From Minisyncoccota bacterium (GTDB lineage Bacteria; Patescibacteriota; Minisyncoccia; SW-4-49-11), in the NCBI GenBank assembly GCA_023264145.1, contig JALQTA010000001.1:15465-79464 (forward strand): a DNA stretch of 64,000 bases, read 5' to 3'. The notes below the pieces were generated by a model, which searched no databases, had not been told where the DNA came from, and worked only from the letters and a program-made list of their open reading frames with translations. The translations under genes and the position numbers were made by a program. Shown piece by piece: positions 20,405-30,721 of this stretch (position 1 is its first letter; each line of letters starts with the position of its first letter).

Positions 20405-22309
20405 ATGGCATTAAAAGATATAGAAAAACAAATATATCAGAAGGAAGATCGCAATATCTTAGATAGAGAGCGTACACAGAACACGCCCTACAGTGTATAT
20501 GCAAAACATCAAGAAGTAACTGAGCCAGTATTTAAACCATTTGAAGAAGCTGAGCTTACATTCTTTCAGAAGCATAAGAAAAAAATAACATTATATACCT
20601 TAATTGGGTTAACTCTCTTTGTGATAATTGGGATTGTTGGCTTTTTCTATACATTGAATCAACAACGTTTCTCAGATAAACGAGTACGTATTGATATTAA
20701 GGGAGAATCTCAAGTTAGTGCAGGAGATGAAGTTACCTATACATTAACCTATCGTAATGATAATTTGGTCGCTTTACGAAATGCAGAGATTACGGTTACG
20801 GTTCCAGAAGCATTAAATGATCCTTCATTGAATTTATTAGGGCAAACACGCTCTGAAGTACGATCTTTTGAACTTCCAGAACTAGCTCCACGTTCACAAG
20901 GTGAAATTATTATCAAAGGTAGACTTATTGGAGAACAGGGGAGTATTCATACCCTCAGAGCAACATTAAGTTATGTTCCAACCATTGTCACAGCAAGTTT
21001 TGAAACAAAGGCAGAATTTGCAACTACCATAGCAGATAGTCCCGTTATTATTGATATTCAGGCTCCACTTGAAAGTGTAGGCGGAGATACAGTTGATTAT
21101 ATTGTAACAGTCAATAATAAAGGAGATAAAGATTTAACTAATTTAGAATTAAAGGTAGAGTATCCCGATACCTTTGCCTTTACCTCTGCTACTGCACCAG
21201 CAAGAGGAAATGAACAAAATATCTTTGATATTCCACAACTTAGAGCTAAGGGGAATTATAGTGTCACTATTAGTGGTAATTTAGGAGGAAATGTGCAAGA
21301 GGTAAAAATTATTAAGGCTCAAATTGGAGAAACAAGAGAAGGAGTATTTACATTATATGCTAATAGTCAAAACTCGACTCGACTCGGTAATCCATATGTC
21401 TCAGTAGTACAAACAGTAAACTCTCAGTCGGGAGTAGTATCAGCAGGAGATTTATTAGAATATTCCGTTACTATTCGTAACAATACTCAGGTAAGAATTG
21501 GGGAAGGAGCTCTAAAAGTGAAGTTAGATAGTAATTTATTAGATATTACGAAGTTAAGAGCTCAAGGAGCTGACTTTGATGCGGGAACAAATACCATTAT
21601 TTGGAGAGCGAATACCTTGCCACAATTAAGAGCTTTTGCTCCGAATGAAGAAGGAAGAGTAACATTTTCAATACCCGTAAAACAAACGATTCCTATTGAT
21701 GATTTTCAGGATATAAACTATGTAATTAAAACTCAAGCTACCTTTGAAAGTGCGGAAGTACCTACAGAGTTAGGAGTAAATCGTATTATTCAGGGGAATG
21801 CTAGTGAAGTAAAATTGGCAACAAAAATATTTCCAAAGTCATCTATTACGTATAGAAATACGGATAGTTCTATTGTGAATAGCGGTCCTATTCCTCTGAA
21901 AATTGCTCAAAAAACAACATTTACGGTTAATTGGGAAATACGCAACTTAAGTAATGATGTCTCTGGAGCTACATTTAAAGCTACATTACCTGCAAATGTT
22001 ACCTGGACAGGACAAAGTACTACGAATGGATTTGGAACCCTATCTTATAATGATAGAACCAAAGAAGTAGTATGGGATATTGGAAATATTCCTGCTAATA
22101 CGGGTATATTAAGACCATTATATAAAGCGGTATTCCAAATTGAAATTGTCCCAACGGCTAATCAATTAGGACAAGAGCCAAGTTTATTAAGTGCAATTAA
22201 ATATACCGGTAAAGATGTATTTACAGGAATTGATTTATCAGGTACAATAAATGCTTCATCGGGACGACAAGTGTCGGATATTTCCGGATCATTTAGTGTA
22301 GAGAATTAA
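20405..22309 (+). CDS. membrane-anchored surface protein with tandem Ig-like (DUF11-like) domains
   Basis: One TM near aa 60-83; repeated GD.V.Y.(L/V)T..N beta-sandwich motifs. Confidence 0.7.
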   Translation: MALKDIEKQIYQKEDRNILDRERTQNTPYSVYAKHQEVTEPVFKPFEEAELTFFQKHKKKITLYTLIGLTLFVIIGIVGFFYTLNQQRFSDKRVRIDIKGESQVSAGDEVTYTLTYRNDNLVALRNAEITVTVPEALNDPSLNLLGQTRSEVRSFELPELAPRSQGEIIIKGRLIGEQGSIHTLRATLSYVPTIVTASFETKAEFATTIADSPVIIDIQAPLESVGGDTVDYIVTVNNKGDKDLTNLELKVEYPDTFAFTSATAPARGNEQNIFDIPQLRAKGNYSVTISGNLGGNVQEVKIIKAQIGETREGVFTLYANSQNSTRLGNPYVSVVQTVNSQSGVVSAGDLLEYSVTIRNNTQVRIGEGALKVKLDSNLLDITKLRAQGADFDAGTNTIIWRANTLPQLRAFAPNEEGRVTFSIPVKQTIPIDDFQDINYVIKTQATFESAEVPTELGVNRIIQGNASEVKLATKIFPKSSITYRNTDSSIVNSGPIPLKIAQKTTFTVNWEIRNLSNDVSGATFKATLPANVTWTGQSTTNGFGTLSYNDRTKEVVWDIGNIPANTGILRPLYKAVFQIEIVPTANQLGQEPSLLSAIKYTGKDVFTGIDLSGTINASSGRQVSDISGSFSVEN

Positions 22310-22315
22310 GAAGAT

Positions 22316-23485
22316 ATGTTTAATGTGACTGAGAAGATTCATTATCTTCGTCATGGGGTATTAGAAACGGTACATAAACAACTGAATACTCCCTTTTTCA
22401 TGCCTGTTGCGACTAAAGGGAGTATTCGTGGTATTGGAAATCAAGAAATATTGAATCAATTTCCTACTGGTATTATATTGATGAATACGTATCATTTATA
22501 TTTGAAGCCAGGATATGATTTAGTTCATAAAATGGGAGGACTTCATCAATTTACCAATTGGCCCTATGCTATTCTTACAGATAGTGGGGGCTTTCAGGTA
22601 TTTAGCCTTTCTAATATTAATAAAATTACCGAAGAAGGAGTGTATTTCCGGTCTCATTTAGATGGGAGTGAACATTTATTAAGTCCAGAGGAGTCTATAA
22701 AAACCCAATATTATTTAGGGAGTGATATTTTAATGGTATTAGATGAATGTCCGCCTGGAGGCTCTGATAGAGATTATATTCTTAATTCCTTAGAATTAAC
22801 TACACGCTGGGCTCAACGCTCTAAAGATGAGTTAGAAAGACTATTACGTACTGATCCTCGACCAGACGGAAAAAGACCTCTATTATTTGGTATTGTACAG
22901 GGAGGAATATATGAAGATTTACGTAAATTGAGTTTATCTCAATTAGAAGCAATCGGATTTGATGGATATGCTATTGGGGGAGTCTCAGTAGGAGAATCAC
23001 GAATAGATGTGTTAAAGGTAATTCGCTGGATAGCCCCGTTACTTCCTACTGATAAACCTCGATATTTAATGGGGCTGGGGAAACCAGAAGAAATAGCCTA
23101 TGCAGTCTCTTTTGGGGTTGATATGTTTGATTGTGTAATTCCAACACGAGAAGCAAGACATGGTACGATATATGTGTGGAAATCTCCCAATAAAGAAGAA
23201 GATGTTCATACCTATTTAAGAGAATTAATCAGTCTTGCTGCTGAAGATACTTTATTGCCGAAGCATACATTTTTCGATACTATTAAAATTCAAAATCTCA
23301 AATATCGTGAAGACATGAGTTCAATAGATCCATATGCTACCTGGGATGGAGCACAGGATTATACGAGAGCCTATATTCGTCATTTATATAATGTAAAAGA
23401 ACAATATGCTTTGGAATATTTAAGTCGCCATAATCTCCAATTTTATTTAGAGATGATGGAGTATATCCGATCATTTAAGGGATAA
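22316..23485 (+). CDS. tgt: tRNA-guanine transglycosylase
   Basis: TPFFMPVAT, NTYHL, TDSGGFQVFS, GIVQGG, DMFDCVIPTR. Confidence 0.95.
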   Translation: MFNVTEKIHYLRHGVLETVHKQLNTPFFMPVATKGSIRGIGNQEILNQFPTGIILMNTYHLYLKPGYDLVHKMGGLHQFTNWPYAILTDSGGFQVFSLSNINKITEEGVYFRSHLDGSEHLLSPEESIKTQYYLGSDILMVLDECPPGGSDRDYILNSLELTTRWAQRSKDELERLLRTDPRPDGKRPLLFGIVQGGIYEDLRKLSLSQLEAIGFDGYAIGGVSVGESRIDVLKVIRWIAPLLPTDKPRYLMGLGKPEEIAYAVSFGVDMFDCVIPTREARHGTIYVWKSPNKEEDVHTYLRELISLAAEDTLLPKHTFFDTIKIQNLKYREDMSSIDPYATWDGAQDYTRAYIRHLYNVKEQYALEYLSRHNLQFYLEMMEYIRSFKG

Positions 23486-23542
23486 TAGTATGCATTTATT
23501 CAAAAATATAGTATGATAGTACAAAAGACTAAAAAATAATAT

Positions 23543-24220
23543 ATGTCATATTTGGTATTTGATATTGAAACAATAGGAGATAGTTGGGATTCTCTTGATC
23601 CAGAAACACAAACATATTTATTAAAATATGCACAAACAGAAGAAGAGCAAGAAGTGGTAAAAACTACATTAGGATTATATCCTTTAACAGGGCAAATTGT
23701 AGCTATTGGATTATATGATCCAGATAAGGATATCAAAAGTGTGTATTTGCAGGCTCCACAAGGAGATTTAGAGAGTCGTTATGAAAAGGATGGAGTTCAT
23801 TACCTTGTTGGGACAGAGGCCGAAATATTAGAAATGTTCTGGGTAACCATTCGTAAATATACAACATTTATCACCTTTAATGGGCGATCTTTTGATTGTC
23901 CGTATATTTTAATGCGATCAGCGGTGCACCGTATTAAACCTACAAAAAATTTGATACCATATCGATATTCTGATAAAGAACATATTGATTTATTTGATCA
24001 ATTAACATTTTATAGTACTACCAAGCGATTTAATTTAGATTATTTTTGTAAACGCTTTGGTATTATAAGTCCTAAAAGTGCTGGGGTTACTGGGCTTGAT
24101 GTACCTCAAATGTTTATGGATGGAAAGTATCATGATATTGCTGAATATTGTATGAGAGATGTAGTTGCGACAGGTGATTTATTTAGGATTTGGAAAGATT
24201 ATATCAAATCTCCAACATGA
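23543..24220 (+). CDS. DEDD 3'-5' exonuclease (PolB-exo/RNase H-like)
   Basis: FDIET, TFNGRSFD, YCMRDV. Confidence 0.85.
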   Translation: MSYLVFDIETIGDSWDSLDPETQTYLLKYAQTEEEQEVVKTTLGLYPLTGQIVAIGLYDPDKDIKSVYLQAPQGDLESRYEKDGVHYLVGTEAEILEMFWVTIRKYTTFITFNGRSFDCPYILMRSAVHRIKPTKNLIPYRYSDKEHIDLFDQLTFYSTTKRFNLDYFCKRFGIISPKSAGVTGLDVPQMFMDGKYHDIAEYCMRDVVATGDLFRIWKDYIKSPT

Positions 24221-25068
24221 TTAAACCTAAGGTATCTATTGTTATATTAGCCTGGAATAATGTTACTGATATTAAAAAATGTATTGAATCTATTCAGGCT
24301 TATTATAAAGAATATCATCAGTTAATTATTGTAGACAATGGTTCAACTGATGGAACAGCGGAATATTTATCTAATTTAAAAGATAATTGGGATTATGATT
24401 ATGCTGATTTAAGTATTATTACCAACTCAGACAATATTGGCTATGCTGCAGGTAATAATAGGGCTTTAGCAAGTATTAAGGGTGCATATACCTTATGGCT
24501 TAATCAAGATATTGTGATTACTCAAAAGAGTATTGAACTATTGACTCAATGTCTTGATGAGAACCCTCAATATGCTATGGTAGCACCTCAATTACGCTAT
24601 CCAGATGGACGTATTCAGGCTAGCTGCCGGGCACTCCCAACTGTATCACATATGCTCCAGTCAATACGAAAAGGTCAATGGAATGATGATTTTGATTATA
24701 CAAAAAGTCAAATATGCGAGCAACCTATGGCCTCGGCAATTATGATACGAAGTGAAATTATGCAAGAAATAAAAGGGTTTGATGACCATCCAGATTATTG
24801 GCTCTTTTTTAATGATGTAGATTTATCTAAAACCTTACAGGTGAATAACTATACCACCTATTATGTGGCAGAATCTCTTATGTATCATGACCATGGAGGG
24901 AGTACAAGAAAATTGCTGAATATAAAGAAGCGATTATACTGGCAAAAAGGATTTAATCGGTATTTTATAAAATGGCATTATCCTCATGGATATAAGAAAT
25001 ATTCTTTTTATATCATATCGGGGCTCATATTTAGTTTATTAGTAGTAAGAGATTTAGTTCGTAAATAG
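24217..25068 (+). CDS. glycosyltransferase family 2 (rhamnosyltransferase-like)
   Basis: IVDNGSTDGT, NIGYAAGNN, LNQD, GFD; ATGA overlap with upstream stop. Confidence 0.9.
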   Translation: MIKPKVSIVILAWNNVTDIKKCIESIQAYYKEYHQLIIVDNGSTDGTAEYLSNLKDNWDYDYADLSIITNSDNIGYAAGNNRALASIKGAYTLWLNQDIVITQKSIELLTQCLDENPQYAMVAPQLRYPDGRIQASCRALPTVSHMLQSIRKGQWNDDFDYTKSQICEQPMASAIMIRSEIMQEIKGFDDHPDYWLFFNDVDLSKTLQVNNYTTYYVAESLMYHDHGGSTRKLLNIKKRLYWQKGFNRYFIKWHYPHGYKKYSFYIISGLIFSLLVVRDLVRK

Positions 25069-25122
25069 GGTATCCTATTTGAATATGATATACTTAGATA
25101 TAAGGAACAGAAGTACGATATT

Positions 25123-26553
25123 ATGATTAAAACGAGAATTGCTCCATCACCAACAGGAAATCTCCATATTGGGACCGCAAGGACAGCATTATTTAATTAT
25201 TTATATGCTAAAAATCAACAAGGTATCTTTGTTATTCGGATAGAAGATACAGATACTGTTCGATCTACTCAAGAATCAGAGAGAGATATTATTGAAGGAC
25301 TAGAGTGGTTGGGTCTTATTCCTGATGAAGGAGTTTCAACATCAGGCGAGTTAGGGAATTTAGGACCTTATCGGCAAAGTCAACGAACCTCTTTCTATCA
25401 ACCATATTTGGAGCAATTAATAGAAAGTGGAGATGCATACTGGTGTAATTTAACAGAATTAGAACTAGAAACTTTAAAACAAGAAGCAATAGATAAGCAG
25501 GAACAGTTTGTATTACGATCTCCCTATCGGGATCAAAAAATAATACCCAATGAGAATTCGGTTATTCGTTTTAAAGTTCCAGATACAACGATCTTTTTTG
25601 AAGATAAAATTAAAGGAAGAATTGAATTTGATACATCGCTGTTAGGAGACTTTGTTATTGCCAAAAATCTTACTTATCCTCTATATAATTTTGTTGTGGT
25701 TATTGATGATGAGTTAATGCAGATTTCTCATATTATTCGAGGAGATGATCATATTGCAAATACCCCAAAGCAAATATTAATCAATCAAGCATTAGGATTT
25801 AGTCGTAAGCAATTTGCTCATTTACCCTTAATTCTTGCTCCTGATAAGTCTAAAATGTCTAAACGGTTTGGAGCCACTTCTATCAAAGAGTATAAAGACC
25901 AAGGATATTTACCAGAAGCATTGATTAATTTCTTGTGTTTATTGGGGTGGAATGAAGGAAATGATAGAGAGTACTACAGTTTGGGTGAAATGATCGAGAA
26001 GTTTAGTTTGAAGCGAGTACAAAAAAGTGGTGCAATTTTTAATATTCAAAAATTAGACTCTATTAACGCGCATTATATTAAGAATTTAAGCCATTCTCGT
26101 CAAATAGAATTGGGGACAGAATATTTAGTCAAAAATGGATTTGATCTTAGTAGATGGACACAAGAACAGCTAATTAAGATTATTAATGTTGAAATACAAC
26201 GTATTAAAAAATTTGCAGATATAGGAATAGAGCTCTCCTTTTTATGGGAATATCCGTCATATGATGTCACAATATTGGCTTATAAAAACATGAATAAAGA
26301 TGATATTAAGGCGAGTCTTGAGTGGAGCTTGAGATTGTTGTATACTATAGAAACAGTGGAAACAGATACCATAGAGTCTATCATCAAACAATCAATTCAA
26401 GAAGATAATAAACAAATGGGAGAAATATTATGGCCATTGAGAGTGGCATTATCAGGAAAAGAGAAATCTCCCTCTCCCTTTGAAATCATATCAATTTTAG
26501 GAAAAGAGCAATCAATTGATAGAATACAAAAAGCTCTAAATATACTTATATAA
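25123..26553 (+). CDS. gltX: glutamate--tRNA ligase
   Basis: APSPTGNLHIG, RIEDTD, RGDDH, KMSKR. Confidence 0.97.
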   Translation: MIKTRIAPSPTGNLHIGTARTALFNYLYAKNQQGIFVIRIEDTDTVRSTQESERDIIEGLEWLGLIPDEGVSTSGELGNLGPYRQSQRTSFYQPYLEQLIESGDAYWCNLTELELETLKQEAIDKQEQFVLRSPYRDQKIIPNENSVIRFKVPDTTIFFEDKIKGRIEFDTSLLGDFVIAKNLTYPLYNFVVVIDDELMQISHIIRGDDHIANTPKQILINQALGFSRKQFAHLPLILAPDKSKMSKRFGATSIKEYKDQGYLPEALINFLCLLGWNEGNDREYYSLGEMIEKFSLKRVQKSGAIFNIQKLDSINAHYIKNLSHSRQIELGTEYLVKNGFDLSRWTQEQLIKIINVEIQRIKKFADIGIELSFLWEYPSYDVTILAYKNMNKDDIKASLEWSLRLLYTIETVETDTIESIIKQSIQEDNKQMGEILWPLRVALSGKEKSPSPFEIISILGKEQSIDRIQKALNILI

Positions 26554-26589
26554 AACCTATTAGGTAATCACAGAACAAATATAGATACT

Positions 26590-27837
26590 ATGAAACGAAA
26601 ATATCCTTATATACTCTCTTTTCTCATCATACTTACCTTAGTAGGTATGCCAAAGTCTATATGGGCCAATACTCAGGCAAATATTAATGCAAAAAATGCT
26701 CAAATACAACAATTAGAGCGTCAGATTCAATCAATTCAGAATACTAAAAATCAAACAACACAGCAAAAATCAGCTAAAGAAGCAGAGGTTACCAATTTAC
26801 GAAATCAAGTAAATCAACTGAATAAAGATATATCAACGCTACAAAATCAACTGAATCAAGTAGGCCAGCAAATTACAGAAACAGAAAATAATATTCAGTC
26901 TACGACACAAAGTATTCAAGAGTTGGAGCAGAAAATTGATGAAAATAAAGCTACACTTCAGGGGCTCGTAGAAAATCTATATAAACAGTCTCATGTAAAA
27001 AATGAAATTGTGGCGGTAGTAAGTGCAGATAATTTATCTGAAGTATTCAATGCAGTAAAATATTCAGATACCATACAAAATCGTATTCAAGTCCTATTGA
27101 CTGAAGTAATGGATAAAAAAGCAGCCTTAGATGTGGAAAATCAGAATTTATCCAATCAAAAAGCAACGCTTGCCTCAACTCAGGGAACATTAGAAGATAG
27201 AAAAGAATCTATTGAAAGCAGTAAAAATCAAGTACAAAGTCAAGCTCAAGCTTCGGCTGTCGCGGTGAATCAATTAAATGCTAGTTTAAACAACCTTAAT
27301 TCTCGACAACAGGAATTAGAAAGACAGCGTCGAGCAACAGCGGTAGAGTTAGCTAACTTAGAGGCAAGTTTATCTCGACAATTTGGAGGAGAAGGTCGAG
27401 TATGTTCCGCCAGAGGATATGCCTGGCCCGTGCAAGGAGGAAGAATTACGCAAGGATTTGGAATGACTCCATTTGCCCGTACTGGAGCTTATGGAGGAGC
27501 GGGACATAATGGAATTGATATTGGAGCCCCAACGGGAACTCCGGTATTTGCTACAGCATCAGGAACCGTAGTAAGTGTAGGGTTTAATAATAACTCATAT
27601 GGAAAATGGATTGTAATACGGCATGATGATGGATACTTTTCTCTCTATGGCCATTTATCAGCACAAAGTGTTTCTAATGGACAAAGTGTAACAAGAGGGC
27701 AGCGTATCGGGTCTATTGGAGCTACGGGATTTGCCACAGGCCCACATCTTCACTTCACGATTTATTTACCAAACTCATTACGTATAGGCTCTAGTCCACA
27801 AGGGGCTCCGGTAAATCCTTCAACTTGTGGATATTAA
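26590..27837 (+). CDS. secreted coiled-coil M23 peptidase (murein endopeptidase)
   Basis: Signal peptide, long coiled coil, HNGIDIG, YGHL, TGPHLHF. Confidence 0.92.
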   Translation: MKRKYPYILSFLIILTLVGMPKSIWANTQANINAKNAQIQQLERQIQSIQNTKNQTTQQKSAKEAEVTNLRNQVNQLNKDISTLQNQLNQVGQQITETENNIQSTTQSIQELEQKIDENKATLQGLVENLYKQSHVKNEIVAVVSADNLSEVFNAVKYSDTIQNRIQVLLTEVMDKKAALDVENQNLSNQKATLASTQGTLEDRKESIESSKNQVQSQAQASAVAVNQLNASLNNLNSRQQELERQRRATAVELANLEASLSRQFGGEGRVCSARGYAWPVQGGRITQGFGMTPFARTGAYGGAGHNGIDIGAPTGTPVFATASGTVVSVGFNNNSYGKWIVIRHDDGYFSLYGHLSAQSVSNGQSVTRGQRIGSIGATGFATGPHLHFTIYLPNSLRIGSSPQGAPVNPSTCGY

Positions 27838-27844
27838 TTAATAT

Positions 27845-28300
27845 ATGAGAAAAAAAATTAGCTATAAATCAAAACCAAACAATAATAATAGGGGAAAGCG
27901 TATTCTTCAAGGATTTGTTATCATTATTCTATTAGGATTTATTGGCTTAATTGGAAGGGGATTATGGACTACCTTTGAAAGAAAATATGCAATTGAAAAA
28001 GAAAAACAAGAATTAATGCAAAAAGTATCTCGTATTCAGCAAGATATTGTTTCATTAGAACAAGTGAAAGAATATATTAGTTCATCAGCCTATCAAGAAA
28101 GAGAAGCAAAGCAAAAATTAGATTTAAAGAAGCCAGGAGAAGAAGTTGTAATGATAACCCCAGGCTCTATTGTTGCTAATCTAAGTAATGAAGAACTTGT
28201 CTCAATCCTCAGAGATCCGCAAGCTGAAAAGCGAATTCCAGCACAAACAAATCCAGAACGCTGGTGGGCATTCTTCTTTGATAAGGAAAGATTATTATAA
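27845..28300 (+). CDS. septum formation initiator FtsB/DivIC family protein
   Basis: TM plus coiled coil; EREAKQKLDLKKPGEEVV. Confidence 0.8.
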   Translation: MRKKISYKSKPNNNNRGKRILQGFVIIILLGFIGLIGRGLWTTFERKYAIEKEKQELMQKVSRIQQDIVSLEQVKEYISSSAYQEREAKQKLDLKKPGEEVVMITPGSIVANLSNEELVSILRDPQAEKRIPAQTNPERWWAFFFDKERLL

Positions 28301-28306
28301 TAGATG

Positions 28307-28378
28307 TTGTCCGACCAGGACTCGAACCTAGATTAACAGGACCAAAACCTGTCGTCCTACCAATTAGACGATCGGACA
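28307..28378 (-). tRNA. tRNA-Gln(TTG), CCA not encoded
   Basis: TGTCCGA acceptor stem, anticodon arm ACAGG-TTTTGGT-CCTGT, GGTTCGAGTCC T-arm. Confidence 0.95.
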
Positions 28379-28426
28379 TCTGAGAATAAGTATATCAAAT
28401 TCAAAAAGATAAATCAATTGTTTGGA

Positions 28427-28543
28427 CTAAGTAAGGAAAAAAGGAGCAATAATATACGATAATAATCCAAATAATATAATTATAAAGACTACAAATCCAA
28501 TGCTTTTTTTGACTAATCGTTTAATCTGGGAAGGTTTTATCAT
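28427..28543 (-). CDS. small single-pass membrane protein, 38 aa (not in ORF track)
   Basis: Hand translation MIKPSQIKRLVKKSIGFVVFIIILFGLLSYIIAPFFLT: basic N-terminus then a hydrophobic helix. Confidence 0.55.
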   Translation of the reverse strand: MIKPSQIKRLVKKSIGFVVFIIILFGLLSYIIAPFFLT

Positions 28544-28619
28544 AGGGGTAGGTTGAATATTTTCTTACTATAGTGTATAATACATCTATAAGGATAATAA
28601 TGTCAAGATAGATTTATAT

Positions 28620-29285
28620 ATGAAAAAAGAAGTAGTATCATTGCAGGTAGAAGCTCGGGAACAAGCAGGAAGTAAACAAAGTATATTATTAAGAAAATCA
28701 GGATTTGTACCTGGTGTTCTATATGGAAGTGGACTAGGGAAAGATAAGCCTGCTTTGATTAAAGTAAATGCGTTGGAGTTAAATAAAGTACTCGCTGAGG
28801 TAGAAGAATCAACCCTGATAAACATTATCATCGGGAAAAAATCATATCCAAGTCTTGTGAAAGATATTCACAGAAATTCTCTCAAATCAGAAATCTTATC
28901 CATTGATTTCTTCGCTCCTGATTTAAATGAAGAAGTTGAAGCTCCTGTGGTATTGGAGTTTGAAGGAGTATCTCCATCAGAAAAAGAAGGAAATACCCTT
29001 ATTAAAGCCTATCAGGAAGTAGAAGTAAGTGCTTTTCCACGAGATTTACCAGAACATTTGGTAGTAGATTTATCTACTCTTGTGACGGTAGATGATGTAA
29101 TTCGAGTAAGTGATATTGTGCTACCAAAGGGAGTAACTATTCTCTTGGATCCTGAGGAAATTATTGCAATGACAGAAGAGCCTCAAACTGAGGAAGAACC
29201 AGAACTCAGCAAAGAAGAGCTAGATGCTCTAGAAAAAGCTCAAGCAGAGAGTAACTCAAAATCTAAAGATACTGAAACTGAATAA
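28620..29285 (+). CDS. rplY: 50S ribosomal protein L25/general stress protein Ctc
   Basis: LRKSGFVPGVLYG, IDF, LPEHLVVDLS; acidic tail. Confidence 0.93.
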   Translation: MKKEVVSLQVEAREQAGSKQSILLRKSGFVPGVLYGSGLGKDKPALIKVNALELNKVLAEVEESTLINIIIGKKSYPSLVKDIHRNSLKSEILSIDFFAPDLNEEVEAPVVLEFEGVSPSEKEGNTLIKAYQEVEVSAFPRDLPEHLVVDLSTLVTVDDVIRVSDIVLPKGVTILLDPEEIIAMTEEPQTEEEPELSKEELDALEKAQAESNSKSKDTETE

Positions 29286-29292
29286 TCATATC

Positions 29293-30660
29293 ATGGTCCC
29301 AAAAAACAAAAAAACAGCGATAAAAACCATTCTCCTCAAATCAACTATACTTTCTCTTATAGCAGTGTTTGCATTACTCTATCCATTATATTCGGTATAT
29401 GCAAATACAAAATTAGAAGAAGTCAAAACTAATCTTCAATCTGAGCTCACGAAAATTCAGGATTTAACTGATTCAAAAAAAGAAACTGATGTACAAGTAA
29501 GAACCCTAACCAAAGAATTAGAATCTCTTGACTCAGAAATTAGCTCATCTCAGCGTAATCTTGACCTTACCAATAAAGATATAGAGGGAATTCAGTTGGA
29601 ATTGGCTGATACGCGAGCCTATATCTCTACTCTTGAGCAGACAATCGCAGCTCAAAAGAAACTCATTAAAGAATATATTAGCACTCTTTATACGCAAAAA
29701 GATGTTTCTTTATTTGAGGTTATGTTATCACAAGATCAATTATCTGATTTGGTAGGATCCGTACAAAAAACTGGAGTAATGCAAGACTCCATTGGAGAAT
29801 CTATTACTTTGGTAGAAGCAAAAGAAAAAGAAATTGTAGCAGAAAAGAAGCATCTCTTTGATAAAGAAGAAGAATTACTCGCCCTAAAACAAGCTCAAGA
29901 ACAGCAAAAGAGTTTATTAGAGCAAACTCAATCTGATAAAGAAACCTTACTCGCTCAAACTAGAGGAGAACAATCAGAATTTGAAGCATTATTAAAACAA
30001 TCATTTGCAACTAAGCAAAATTTGCTGAATAGTGTGCGTCTCTTAGGAGGATCAGATGGAAGACCAGGAGCTATTTCATTAGAGGAAGCCTATGCAATTG
30101 CAGTAAGAAATGCAGCACGATTTGGCAATAAAATACGACCTGAATATATGGTGGGTATTCTGAAAGTGGAGTCTGGACTTGGGGCCAATGTAGGAAGATC
30201 ATTTTATAAAGACTCTCTCAGTGGTTGTGCTGCACGGCCAGGAAATAACACAAGAATTAAATATCAAAAAGAAGAAGAAACATTTGAGCGAATCGTTCGT
30301 GATTTAGGATTACCATTAACGCAACCGGTATCAGGATGCCCATTCCCTAATTATCCTAGTGGTACAGGTGGAGCTATGGGACCTGCTCAATTTATGCCTA
30401 CTACCTGGGCAGGATATGAGCCTCGATTAAGGCAATTAAAAGGAGGTCCGGTAAGTCCATGGAATATTGAAGATGCTATGTTAGCAATGGGATTAAAGCT
30501 CTTAAGTGCTGTCGGAGAGCAGTCTATGGCGGGAAATGAATCGTTAGAACGACGAGCAGCATTATGTTATTTAGGTGCAGGATGTTCTGCTAAAAATATG
30601 TGGTATGCCGATAGAGTTTTAAATGAAGCGGCAAGAGCAAAAGCATTATTGGGAAAATAA
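29293..30660 (+). CDS. secreted coiled-coil lytic murein transglycosylase
   Basis: Signal/anchor, long coiled coil, ILKVES catalytic Glu, GAMGPAQFMPTTW. Confidence 0.88.
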   Translation: MVPKNKKTAIKTILLKSTILSLIAVFALLYPLYSVYANTKLEEVKTNLQSELTKIQDLTDSKKETDVQVRTLTKELESLDSEISSSQRNLDLTNKDIEGIQLELADTRAYISTLEQTIAAQKKLIKEYISTLYTQKDVSLFEVMLSQDQLSDLVGSVQKTGVMQDSIGESITLVEAKEKEIVAEKKHLFDKEEELLALKQAQEQQKSLLEQTQSDKETLLAQTRGEQSEFEALLKQSFATKQNLLNSVRLLGGSDGRPGAISLEEAYAIAVRNAARFGNKIRPEYMVGILKVESGLGANVGRSFYKDSLSGCAARPGNNTRIKYQKEEETFERIVRDLGLPLTQPVSGCPFPNYPSGTGGAMGPAQFMPTTWAGYEPRLRQLKGGPVSPWNIEDAMLAMGLKLLSAVGEQSMAGNESLERRAALCYLGAGCSAKNMWYADRVLNEAARAKALLGK

Positions 30661-30664
30661 AAAA

Positions 30665-30697
30665 ACTTTCCCTACTCTAAACAGAAATAGGGAAAGT
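30665..30697. terminator. inverted repeat between convergent genes
   Basis: ACTTTCCCTA...TAGGGAAAGT, preceded by an A-run. Confidence 0.7.
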
Positions 30698-30721
30698 GAT
30701 TCATTTGTATATCTATTGTAT

